A stretch of DNA of 64,000 bases from Candidatus Latescibacterota bacterium (GTDB taxonomy: Bacteria; Latescibacterota; UBA2968; UBA8231): assembly GCA_965221775.1 (NCBI GenBank), contig CBDCSU010000006.1:256001-320000 (forward strand), given 5' to 3'. Positions 56,145-64,000 of the stretch are shown here, piece by piece. The translations under genes were made by a program, and so were the position numbers. The notes under the pieces are model-generated. The model had not been told where the DNA came from. It saw only the letters and a list, made by a program, of their open reading frames with translations, and did not search any database. Within the stretch, counting starts at the first letter, position 1. Each line of letters opens with the position of its first letter.

Positions 56145-58618
56145 TGGGCCCGGTGACGAGGGGACTGGCGGTCCTCGCCGTCCTGTGGATGGTTGCTCCC
56201 GCCCACGGTCAGCCCTGGTGGGTGCAGGGCACCGTCGTCGACGCGGCCACGGGGGAACCCCTGCCGGCGGCGACGGTGCGGCTGGCCGGCGCCTACCGCG
56301 GCACCATCGCCAACGACGAGGGCGAGTACCGCATCGAGGTGCGGAGGTGGCCGGCGGCCCTGAGGGCGAGCCACATCGGCTACGCCTCCCGCGACAGCCT
56401 CCTCACCGCCCCGACGGGACGCGTCGACCTCGTCCTGACACCGGCGCCCTACCCCCTCGAAGCCCTGGTAGTGACCCCCGGAGACCCGGCGGAGCGCATC
56501 ATGGCCCGGGTGATCCGCAACAAGCAGGCCTGGCGGCCCCTGCTGGCCGGCTACCGCGCCCGCGCCTACACCCGCCGGATCCTGGAGAACGACGACGGCA
56601 TCGTCTCCATCGGCGAGACCGCCTCGGAGATCTTCCGGGACCGGGACCGCGGCCTTCGCGAGGTGGTCAAGTCCCGGCGCACGACGCGCAACCTGGAGCC
56701 CGGGGACGGGTTCGTCTCCACCCTCGAGGGATTCGTCGACTTCCACGACGACGACATCCCCATGCTCGGGCAGAGCCTGATCGGCCCGACCCACCCGGAA
56801 GCCCTCGAGCACTACCGGTTCCGCCTGATGGGGCGGCGCTACCTGGACGACCGGGTGGTCTTCGACATCTCCGTCGAGCCGAAGAGCCGGCTGGCCACCG
56901 CCTTCGTTGGCCGGGTCTCGGTCCTCGACGAGGCCTTCGCCCTCCTGGAGGTGGAGCTGGCGCCGAGCCGCGCCGCCGTGGCCTCCGCCGTGCCCCTGCC
57001 CGTGGTGGAACACCTGGACCTCACCTGGCGCCAGCAGTTCCGCGGCTTCGGCGAGGTCTGGCTGCCGGTGGACTACCGGTTCACGCTGGAGGCGGAGATC
57101 GGCATCGTGGGGCTGCGCTTCCCCGCCGCCCGGTTCACCTCCCTGACGCGGCTCGACGACTACGAGGTCAACGCCGGCCTGCCCGACTCGCTCTACGCCG
57201 GGGAGCAGGTACTGCGCGTCGATACCGTGGCCGTGGCCCGGGACAGCACCTTCGCCGGACTGGCGGACAAGGTGCCCCTCTCCGAGAGGGAGCGGGAGGC
57301 CTATGCCGCCATCGACAGCACCTTCCGGCTCGAACGGGCCTTCCGGCCCACCGGCTTTCTCGCGCGCCTGCTGGTCGACACGGGGGAGGAGGGAGGCGAG
57401 GAGACCGTCGACGTCAAGCCGTCCGGCGAGGGGGCGGTCCGGCGGCGAGGACTCGGGATCGACTGGAAGCCCGACCTGGGCCATGACCGCGTCGGTGGAG
57501 CGCACCTGGGCCTGGAGGGGAACCGCAGTTGGCAGGCCCCCCGGCGGCAGGAGGCGGCGCCGGGTACGACCGTGGTCCGGAGCCCTGGTCCCGGCGGGGC
57601 GGGTCTCGCCGGCGTCGAGGCGGGAGGAGGAGGCGCCTACGACCTGGGCCTGAAGCGCTGGTCCTGGCGCGGCCGGGCGGCCTGGGGATGGGAGATGGCG
57701 GCGACCCGTTGGCAGGTGGACCTGGAGTACGGCAGCGGCAAGGTGCCGCGCATCCCTTCGGACAGCTACACCCTGCTGATCAACAGCGCCCAGTCGCTGC
57801 TGGGCCTGGACGACTACTTCGACTGGCACTGGCGCGAGGGGCTGCGGTCCCGCCTGCGGCTGTGGCTGCCGCGCCGCACCGCCCTGGAGGTGGCCCTCCG
57901 GGACGAGGACCACTCCTCCCTGGCGGAGACGACCCGCTTCAATCTCCTGGGGCGCGACTGGCAGCCGCGGCCGAACCCCGCCGTCGAGGAGGGCCGGCTG
58001 CGCTCGCTGGAGGCCCGCTTCGAACGGGGCGGTCCCTACCGTCCCTTCGGGATCCGGGCCAACCGCCGCGCCGAGGTGAAGGTGGAGCACGCCGGCCTGC
58101 TGGGGGGCGATTTCTCCTTCACCCGCCTGCACCTGGCCCTTGACGGCCAGTTCCGGACCTTCCTCCGGCGCCGCTGGCGGCCCAACACCCTCGATCTGCG
58201 GCTGGTGGCGGGCTACGCCTTCGGCCGGCTGCCCCCGCAGCGCTTCGGCGCCCTGGAGGCGGGTCTGCTGCCGTTCTCCCCCTTCGGCGCCTTCCGCAGC
58301 GTGAGCGGCCATCCCCACGAGGGCGAGCACTACGCCGCCCTCTACTGGGAGCACGACTTCCGCAGCGCCCCCTTCGAGCTGCTGGGGTTGTGGGGTTTGG
58401 CCATGCGCGGGGCGGGGCTGGTGGTGCACGGCGCCTCGGGCCGCACCTGGATCGACGCCGAACGGCGGGCCGGCCTGGGCTACGAGCCGCGCTACCAGGA
58501 CGGCTTCCGCCACGAGGCCGGGGTGTCGCTGGTGCTCTTCCACCTGCTGCGCCTCGACCTCACCCGGCGGCTGGACGGCGCCGGCTGGAGCGCGGGGGCG
58601 AGCCTGGCGCGCTGGTGA
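56144..58618 (+). CDS. Outer-membrane protein with carboxypeptidase-like regulatory domain (DUF5686-like)
   Basis: TGATG coupling to the kinase. Signal peptide, VQGTVVDAATGEPLPAATV...GTIANDEGEY...SHIGY, amphipathic beta-strand C-terminus ending in Trp. Confidence 0.85.
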   Translation: MGPVTRGLAVLAVLWMVAPAHGQPWWVQGTVVDAATGEPLPAATVRLAGAYRGTIANDEGEYRIEVRRWPAALRASHIGYASRDSLLTAPTGRVDLVLTPAPYPLEALVVTPGDPAERIMARVIRNKQAWRPLLAGYRARAYTRRILENDDGIVSIGETASEIFRDRDRGLREVVKSRRTTRNLEPGDGFVSTLEGFVDFHDDDIPMLGQSLIGPTHPEALEHYRFRLMGRRYLDDRVVFDISVEPKSRLATAFVGRVSVLDEAFALLEVELAPSRAAVASAVPLPVVEHLDLTWRQQFRGFGEVWLPVDYRFTLEAEIGIVGLRFPAARFTSLTRLDDYEVNAGLPDSLYAGEQVLRVDTVAVARDSTFAGLADKVPLSEREREAYAAIDSTFRLERAFRPTGFLARLLVDTGEEGGEETVDVKPSGEGAVRRRGLGIDWKPDLGHDRVGGAHLGLEGNRSWQAPRRQEAAPGTTVVRSPGPGGAGLAGVEAGGGGAYDLGLKRWSWRGRAAWGWEMAATRWQVDLEYGSGKVPRIPSDSYTLLINSAQSLLGLDDYFDWHWREGLRSRLRLWLPRRTALEVALRDEDHSSLAETTRFNLLGRDWQPRPNPAVEEGRLRSLEARFERGGPYRPFGIRANRRAEVKVEHAGLLGGDFSFTRLHLALDGQFRTFLRRRWRPNTLDLRLVAGYAFGRLPPQRFGALEAGLLPFSPFGAFRSVSGHPHEGEHYAALYWEHDFRSAPFELLGLWGLAMRGAGLVVHGASGRTWIDAERRAGLGYEPRYQDGFRHEAGVSLVLFHLLRLDLTRRLDGAGWSAGASLARW

Positions 58619-58639
58619 TTCGGTGACCTCGGGGAGCTG

Positions 58640-58685
58640 ACCGCCGCCGGCAGAGTGCCGGACGGAGCTGTCAGCCGGCGGCGGT
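58640..58685. terminator. Inverted repeat at the junction of convergent genes
   Basis: ACCGCCGCCGGC (58640-58651) / GCCGGCGGCGGT (58674-58685). No U-tract, and GC-only arms can arise by chance here. Confidence 0.3.
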
Positions 58686-59963
58686 GAGGCGGCTCACGTC
58701 GACGATGTAGAGCTGGCGGTGGCCCTCGTGGGCCGAGTCGATGCAGACCTGGGTGCCGTCGCGGTTCCAGCGCGGGTGCAGGTCGCAGCGGATCTCGCCG
58801 GTGATGGCGGGCGGCGAGTGGAAGCGCCCCACGTCCAGGCGGCGGTCCCCGGCCAGGTCGTAGAGGATCAGGGTGCGCGTGGTCCCGCCCCGGGGATAGG
58901 TGTCGGTGAGCAGCCAGCGGCCGTCGGGCGAGTAGCTGCAGTGGCCGTCCTCGGTGAGCTGGCCCTCGCCCACCACCTCCACCTGGTGCAGGGCGCGGTC
59001 CCGGAAGAGGAGGTAGCGCTGGCCGATGCCTTCCTGGAAGGCCCAGGCCAGGATGTGGTCCGGGTCGCGCCAGTCGAAGTGGGAGACCGCGCCCTGGGAG
59101 GCGACGATGGCCAGCTCGCCGCCGTCGGGCCGCGCCGTGATCATGCGGTGGTGCCGGGGCGCGTCGGGGCTCGTCTGCCAGCGGTGGAGGAAGACGAAGC
59201 GGCGGTCGTCGGGCGAGAACTGCAGGTGGTTGAAGCGGTGCACGGCGCCGTCGAAGCCGGGTCCGCGCTCGATGGCGGCGACCTGCGCCAGGGAGAGGAT
59301 CAGGCGGTTCGCGCCGGTCTCGACGTCGAGCCACCAGATGCCGTCGTCCTCCGGCTCCGGCACGTCCCGCCCGGGGTCGGGCACCCCGGGGTATCCGTAG
59401 CCGGGGCGCTGGTGCTGCAGGCGCGAGAAGTTCAGGGTCACCGCCTGGCGGCCATCGCGGCTCAGGGCGTAGACCGGCCGCGGCAGGGTGCGCACCACCG
59501 CCCCGGTCGACGAGTCCCGCACGACGGAGACGAAGCGGGCCTCGCCGTCCGGGATGTCCTCCCAGCCGCGCTCGCTGGGCCGCTGCGGCTCCTCGCCGGG
59601 GTCCAGGCGGTCGTTGTGGATGATCCAGGGGGTCGCCGGCGCCGGGCCGCGGTCGGCCACATGTCCGCTGGCATGGGGCGACGGCAACCAGTGGAGCATG
59701 GAACTCTGCTGCCAGCACCAGGCGCGGGTCCGGCCGAGGGCGCGGAACCCGCCGCCCTCGAGGTCGACGACGCCCACGGCGGCGCTGTCGGCGGCGGTGG
59801 GAGGCCGCGCCAGGAACTCCGTCTCGAGGCAGAGGAGGCGGAGGCCGCCGCCGTCCCAGCAGGACTTGTCGTAGTAGCCGAAGAAGTGATGCCGGGGACC
59901 GCGCGTCACCGCGCGCACCGGGAGGTCCGACTCCCAGCGGCGCTGGAGGGGCGCGGGGCTCAT
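58671..59963 (-). CDS. TolB-like / oligogalacturonate-lyase-like beta-propeller protein
   Basis: HHFFGYYDK, AWCWQQ, FNHLQFSPD, SHFDW, DGHCSYSPDG, RCDLHPRW. Confidence 0.8.
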   Translation of the reverse strand: MSPAPLQRRWESDLPVRAVTRGPRHHFFGYYDKSCWDGGGLRLLCLETEFLARPPTAADSAAVGVVDLEGGGFRALGRTRAWCWQQSSMLHWLPSPHASGHVADRGPAPATPWIIHNDRLDPGEEPQRPSERGWEDIPDGEARFVSVVRDSSTGAVVRTLPRPVYALSRDGRQAVTLNFSRLQHQRPGYGYPGVPDPGRDVPEPEDDGIWWLDVETGANRLILSLAQVAAIERGPGFDGAVHRFNHLQFSPDDRRFVFLHRWQTSPDAPRHHRMITARPDGGELAIVASQGAVSHFDWRDPDHILAWAFQEGIGQRYLLFRDRALHQVEVVGEGQLTEDGHCSYSPDGRWLLTDTYPRGGTTRTLILYDLAGDRRLDVGRFHSPPAITGEIRCDLHPRWNRDGTQVCIDSAHEGHRQLYIVDVSRLTAAG

Positions 59964-59973
59964 CGGCGCCGAA

Positions 59974-60237
59974 TCAGTTGGCGCCCGGCGTCTCGCTCTC
60001 GAGGTGCCTTGCGTCCAGGGTCTTGAGGTAGTCCTGGAGGGCCCGGCCGTCGGCGGGCAGATCGAGAACGTCGGAGAAGGGCCACATGTCCCCCTGCAGG
60101 AACTCGACGGCGCTCTCCTGGTCCTGCGAGGTCGGCGCGGCGGACATGTCCTTGATGGCCTGGAGGATGACGGCGGCGGCCAGCCGACGATGTCCGTCGA
60201 ACTGGGCCCGATATGCGGACTTGCGTTGCTTGGCCAT
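59974..60237 (-). CDS. Small hypothetical protein with phage-like LAxAVILQAIKD motif
   Basis: 87 aa, host-like codon usage, 10 nt upstream of the beta-propeller start. Confidence 0.65.
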   Translation of the reverse strand: MAKQRKSAYRAQFDGHRRLAAAVILQAIKDMSAAPTSQDQESAVEFLQGDMWPFSDVLDLPADGRALQDYLKTLDARHLESETPGAN

Positions 60238-60337
60238 GGTTCGTCACAACGACGGTCGGGTTTTTGGGAAACGTTCTAATATAGTTGATTATTGGACGTT
60301 CCGACAGAGAAATGGATCCCGGGTAGTGCCAGTGAAT

Positions 60338-61171
60338 TCAGGGCCGCAAGGTGGCCTTGATGCGGGCCCAGGTGGTGGACTCGACGGCCCTGGGCGATCC
60401 CGTCAGGACGCCGTGAGCTTTTCTGTCAAAGCCGGATGGTTCTTCCACGTCTTCCAGATAGAACTGACCGCTCCCTACATCGTCGTGGTCGAAATCAAAA
60501 ACACCCACTGTGAACCCTATGGTGTCGCCGGGTTGGAACGTGGAGGTTTCGCTTCCGTCGGGGTCGGAATCGAGCAAGAGATCGAAGGCCGTGACGTAGA
60601 ACTCGACGGTCCACGAAACGGTTTCACCCTCCAGGACAGATGCCGTTCCAAGTGCGTAGGGAGGCTCGACGGCCCAGTAACCGTCTTCGTCCCAGTAAGC
60701 TCCGACGAACGGAAGCCTTAGCCGGCCCCAATCCGGGTAGATGATGACGTCGTAATACTGGTCGAAGGACTCATCCAGGGGGTCACCGTGATACCCGGAA
60801 TGGTCTCCGTCCACGATCAGGGCGACCTGATCGGCTATCCCGTCCGAGTTTCGGTACACGTCATCCGTCGCCTCGATGGCGACGTACACCTTGCCATCAT
60901 CGGACCACGCCACCCAGGAGCGGAAATCCAGGTTCGCGGGATCGTATGTTACCGGCGGATTGAATTCGCCCGACGGTTCGGCGTGCCAGTGCATATCGAA
61001 GTCGAGCCGCGTCGCGGTGGGTTCCCCGAACAGGTCCTTCCAGTCAGCCAGATCACCATCCATAGTCAGCTGGTCCGCGGATACGTAGGGGATGGAGAAT
61101 ACTCGGTCTGTCACGTGCGCGCTGGCCTGGGTTGACAGGATTGCCAGCACCAGCACCAGGACGATCGCCAT
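60338..61171 (-). CDS. Secreted CBM9/DOMON-like protein with C-terminal AVESTTWARIKA tail
   Basis: GGAGGG RBS. Signal ...TQASA|H, then MDGDLADW, VYVAIEATDD, IVDGDHSG, IGFTVGVFDFD. Homolog of 8392-9324. Confidence 0.85.
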   Translation of the reverse strand: MAIVLVLVLAILSTQASAHVTDRVFSIPYVSADQLTMDGDLADWKDLFGEPTATRLDFDMHWHAEPSGEFNPPVTYDPANLDFRSWVAWSDDGKVYVAIEATDDVYRNSDGIADQVALIVDGDHSGYHGDPLDESFDQYYDVIIYPDWGRLRLPFVGAYWDEDGYWAVEPPYALGTASVLEGETVSWTVEFYVTAFDLLLDSDPDGSETSTFQPGDTIGFTVGVFDFDHDDVGSGQFYLEDVEEPSGFDRKAHGVLTGSPRAVESTTWARIKATLRP

Positions 61172-61333
61172 GGGTCCCTCCTGTCAAACAGCTCGACCGC
61201 ATCGGCCGGATGACAAGTGCTCTTCAGACGCTTCGACGCCTGATACCGCTCCGAAGTTTCCTGCCCTGCGTTGGACCCGGCGGCTGAAGCAAAGATCCGT
61301 CGCACGCCTCGAAGACGCCTCCCGCCCCCGGCC

Positions 61334-62596
61334 TCAGACGAAGAGGCCCACCACGCATCCCGTGAGCATCGTGGCCAGGGTCCCGGCGGCGATCGACCGC
61401 AGTCCCAGCCGGGCCAGGTCCCCCCGGCGCTCCGGGGCGATGCTGCCGATGCCGCCGATCATGATCGCCACCGACCCGAAGTTGGCGAAGCCGCACATGG
61501 CGTACACGGCGATGAGGAAGGCGCGGTCGCTCAGGCCGCTCTGGCCGCCGGCCATGCGCGTCGACAGCTCCACGTAGGCGACGAACTCGTTGAGGACCGT
61601 CTTGATGCCCATGAGCTGGCCGATGACGGCCGCCTCCGACCACGACACCCCCATGAGCCAGCACGGCAGGCGCAGCACCCAGCCGCTGGCCGCCTGCAGG
61701 CTCCAGGCCGCCCCCGCTTCTCCGGCGACCATCCTCCCCGTCCAGCCGACGGCGAGGTTGACCAGGGCCACGAGCCCGATGAAGGCGATCAGCATGGCCA
61801 GGATGTTGAGGAACAACTGCATCCCCTCGGAGGCTCCGCGCGCCGCCGCGTCCAGCCCGTTGAGGGTGTCCTCCTTCTCCAGCTCGATGCCGCCGACGGC
61901 GGTGACGGGCGCCTCCGTCTCCGGGTACATCAGCTTGGCCACGGCCACCGCCGCCGGGGCGCTGATCAGGGACGCGGTGAACAGGTGGCCGGCGATCTCC
62001 GGATGGGCGCCCGCCAGCATGCTCGCATAGACGACCATCACCGTGCCGGCGATCGTCGCCATGCCGGCGGTCATCAGGCAGAACAGCTCGCTTTGCGTCA
62101 GGCGCGCCACGTACGGACGGATCAGCAGCGGCGCCTCGGTCATCCCGAGGATGATGTTGGCGGTCACCGAGACGCTCTCGGCGGCGGTGATCCCGAAGAG
62201 GCGCTGCATGAAGCGGCTGAGCTGGCCGATCGCCCAGGGCAGGACCCCGTAGTGGTAGAGGACCCTGGAGAGGGAGGCGACGAAGATGATGATGGCGGCG
62301 ATCTCCAGGGCCAGGACCGGACCGTAGGCGCGCACGAACTCGGAGCCGCTGACGCCGGAGAACAGGAGCGACTCGTTGGCCCTCAGCGCCGTCACCTTGA
62401 GCACTTCGGTCAGGGCACCGATGACGCCGAAGACGTGGCCGCGCAGGCCGCTGAGGAGGAGCACCGCCGCCAGCACGAGCTGCAGGCCGGTGGCGGCCAG
62501 GAGCGTGCGCCAGGGCGGGGGTCCCGACCGGGTGCCCGCGGCCCAGGCGAGCCCCAGGAGGACCGCGTAACCGAAGGCGCCGTGAAGGATATCCAT
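61334..62596 (-). CDS. Concentrative nucleoside transporter (NupC/CNT family)
   Basis: NIILGMTEAPL, GMATIAG, KTVLNEFVAY, CGFANFGS. Confidence 0.95.
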   Translation of the reverse strand: MDILHGAFGYAVLLGLAWAAGTRSGPPPWRTLLAATGLQLVLAAVLLLSGLRGHVFGVIGALTEVLKVTALRANESLLFSGVSGSEFVRAYGPVLALEIAAIIIFVASLSRVLYHYGVLPWAIGQLSRFMQRLFGITAAESVSVTANIILGMTEAPLLIRPYVARLTQSELFCLMTAGMATIAGTVMVVYASMLAGAHPEIAGHLFTASLISAPAAVAVAKLMYPETEAPVTAVGGIELEKEDTLNGLDAAARGASEGMQLFLNILAMLIAFIGLVALVNLAVGWTGRMVAGEAGAAWSLQAASGWVLRLPCWLMGVSWSEAAVIGQLMGIKTVLNEFVAYVELSTRMAGGQSGLSDRAFLIAVYAMCGFANFGSVAIMIGGIGSIAPERRGDLARLGLRSIAAGTLATMLTGCVVGLFV

Positions 62597-62605
62597 GGGT
62601 CTCTC

Positions 62606-63268
62606 TCAGGAGTCGAGGCCGAGGGCGTCCACGGCGGCCTGGGCGACGGCGGCGGGCGGGCCGTCGGTGGCCAGCCGCACCGCCCCTTCCCAGACGGGCA
62701 GGGAGGTCACGGATGAGGCGAAGCTCTCGAACCAGGGGCGGTCGGAGCGCGAGCCCCGGGCCTGCAGCCGCCGGCGCCAGCTCTCGCGCTCCGGGGCGTC
62801 GAGGTGGAGGACGGTGAGCCGCGCCGGGGCCACGGCCTCGCCGAGGGCGGGCCACAGGGACGGGCAGGCCAGCTCCGGGCCCCAGCCGCCGGCCAGGAAG
62901 ACCACCCGCCGGCCGACGAGGTTGGCGCAGGCCGTGGCCACGGCCCCGGAGTACTCGAGCGGGCGCAGCCGCCGCCAGTAGCGGTCGGTGCCGTAGGCCC
63001 CGGCCCCGGGGACGCCGTCCTGGCGCGCCGCCTCGAGGACGAAGGCGCCGGCGGCGGCGTCCTTGTCGACGCACACGGACCCTGGCACCACCGGAAGGAG
63101 CCGGGCCACGAGGGCTGTCTTGCCCACCCCCGGGGGACCCGCGACGACGACCAGCCGGGAACCCGGGGCCCCCGGGGCGGCGGCCTCGAGCACGGCGCGC
63201 ACCGTCGGCGCCGCGTCGGGGCGGGACTCCGCGTAGCCGCCGCCCAGTCGCGAGACGGGGGCGGTCAC
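62606..63268 (-). CDS. P-loop small-molecule kinase / AAA_33-like protein
   Basis: GTG 63268 overlaps the upstream stop (GTGA). VVVAGPPGVGKT, VDKD, RRRLQARG lid motif. Confidence 0.8.
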   Translation of the reverse strand: MTAPVSRLGGGYAESRPDAAPTVRAVLEAAAPGAPGSRLVVVAGPPGVGKTALVARLLPVVPGSVCVDKDAAAGAFVLEAARQDGVPGAGAYGTDRYWRRLRPLEYSGAVATACANLVGRRVVFLAGGWGPELACPSLWPALGEAVAPARLTVLHLDAPERESWRRRLQARGSRSDRPWFESFASSVTSLPVWEGAVRLATDGPPAAVAQAAVDALGLDS

Positions 63269-64000
63269 GGCGACGGCGCGCCCCGGTCCCGCGGTTGCCA
63301 GCCCAGCTCCTTGCCGCTCTCCAGGTCCCACTTGAGCTCGCCGCCGAGGGAGGCGCCGTAGACGATGGCGAACTTCGGGTCGGGGCCGGCCAGGCAGCAG
63401 TGGGTCAGCTCGGCCATGTCCCGCGACGAGAGCCAGCGGTTCATGCCCGGTTCGTACCGGGAGTTCACCTCGTCCGTCTCCGGGAAGTTGGCGATGCGGA
63501 TGTTGTAGCAGGAGATCCCGTGCTTGTCGTAGTAGAACCGCCCGAGGGCCTCGCCGTAGGCCTTGCTGACGCCGTACATGCTGTCCGGGCGCACCGGCAG
63601 CTCGGGCCGCGAGACGGCGCCCTCCATCTCGTAGAAGCCGGTGACGTGGTTGGTGCTCGCGAAGACGACCTTGGGAACGCCGTTGATGCGCGCCGACTCG
63701 AAGATGTTGTAGGTGCCGCGGATGTTGGTCTCGAAGATCATCTGGTTGTACAGCGTCCGCGGAGAGCCGTGGCCGGAGACGGCGATGCCCAGGTGGACGA
63801 TGGCGTGCACGCCTTCCCCGATCTCGATCATGCACTCCAGGTTGGAGAGATCGGAGACCACCACCTGGTCTCCGGGCTCGACCTCGGGCACGGTGCGGTG
63901 GAAGAGGAGGCGGAAGTCGTAGCGGTCGCGCAGGTAGCGCCGCAGGGCGCTGCCGACCTTGCCGGCGGCGCCGGTGATCAGGATGCGTTTACGGTCAGCC
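63265..64000 (-). CDS. NAD-dependent epimerase/dehydratase, uronate-dehydrogenase-like (start just beyond window end)
   Basis: Frame open to the window edge: ADRKRILITGAAGKVG...NIRGTYN...FASTNH...RPDSMYGVSK...WLSSRD. Confidence 0.9.
   Translation of the reverse strand, partial: ADRKRILITGAAGKVGSALRRYLRDRYDFRLLFHRTVPEVEPGDQVVVSDLSNLECMIEIGEGVHAIVHLGIAVSGHGSPRTLYNQMIFETNIRGTYNIFESARINGVPKVVFASTNHVTGFYEMEGAVSRPELPVRPDSMYGVSKAYGEALGRFYYDKHGISCYNIRIANFPETDEVNSRYEPGMNRWLSSRDMAELTHCCLAGPDPKFAIVYGASLGGELKWDLESGKELGWQPRDRGAPSP

Overview
High-GC (~70% by eye), gene-dense bacterial chromosome segment with about 50 supportable CDS. I saw no rRNA, tRNA, CRISPR array, integrase or transposase. The gene content resembles FCB-group Latescibacterota/Poribacteria-type genomes (inference): secreted proteins with C-terminal FlgD-Ig/'PNGDGxND' tails or a short 'AVExxxW(G/A)RxKA' tail, four PhyH dioxygenases, CRTAC1/ASPIC-UnbV and TPR proteins. 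Left to right: (1) 1-9.3 kb, a minus-strand cassette of five secreted proteins (CBM9-like, three FlgD-Ig-tailed paralogs, one large unknown) that looks like an undescribed surface-sorting module; (2) 9.5-16 kb, TPR, unknown sugar-fold and FG-GAP proteins; (3) 16-24 kb, a sugar-acid-like catabolic cluster; (4) 24-30 kb, an RND pump whose TolC carries an extra N-terminal binding-protein-like domain; (5) 30-39 kb, oxidoreductases, PhyH, NhaC-family transporter, orphan SBP, atypical enolase-family enzyme and serine hydrolase; (6) 39.0-40.2 kb, a low-GC islet bounded by a perfect 30-bp direct repeat, with tiny coupled ORFs and a DnaA-box match; (7) 43.3-58.6 kb, an operon behind a predicted sigma-54 promoter with one adaptor, one ABC ATPase, six MacB/FtsX permeases in three pairs, an NtrC-type regulator, a histidine kinase lacking an extracytoplasmic sensor domain, and an outer-membrane protein; (8) 58.7-64 kb, beta-propeller, phage-like small gene, second CBM9-like protein and a dehydrogenase-kinase-nucleoside transporter operon. 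Start codons were chosen by eye from RBS and overlap evidence. Family calls come from motif recognition, not database searches.
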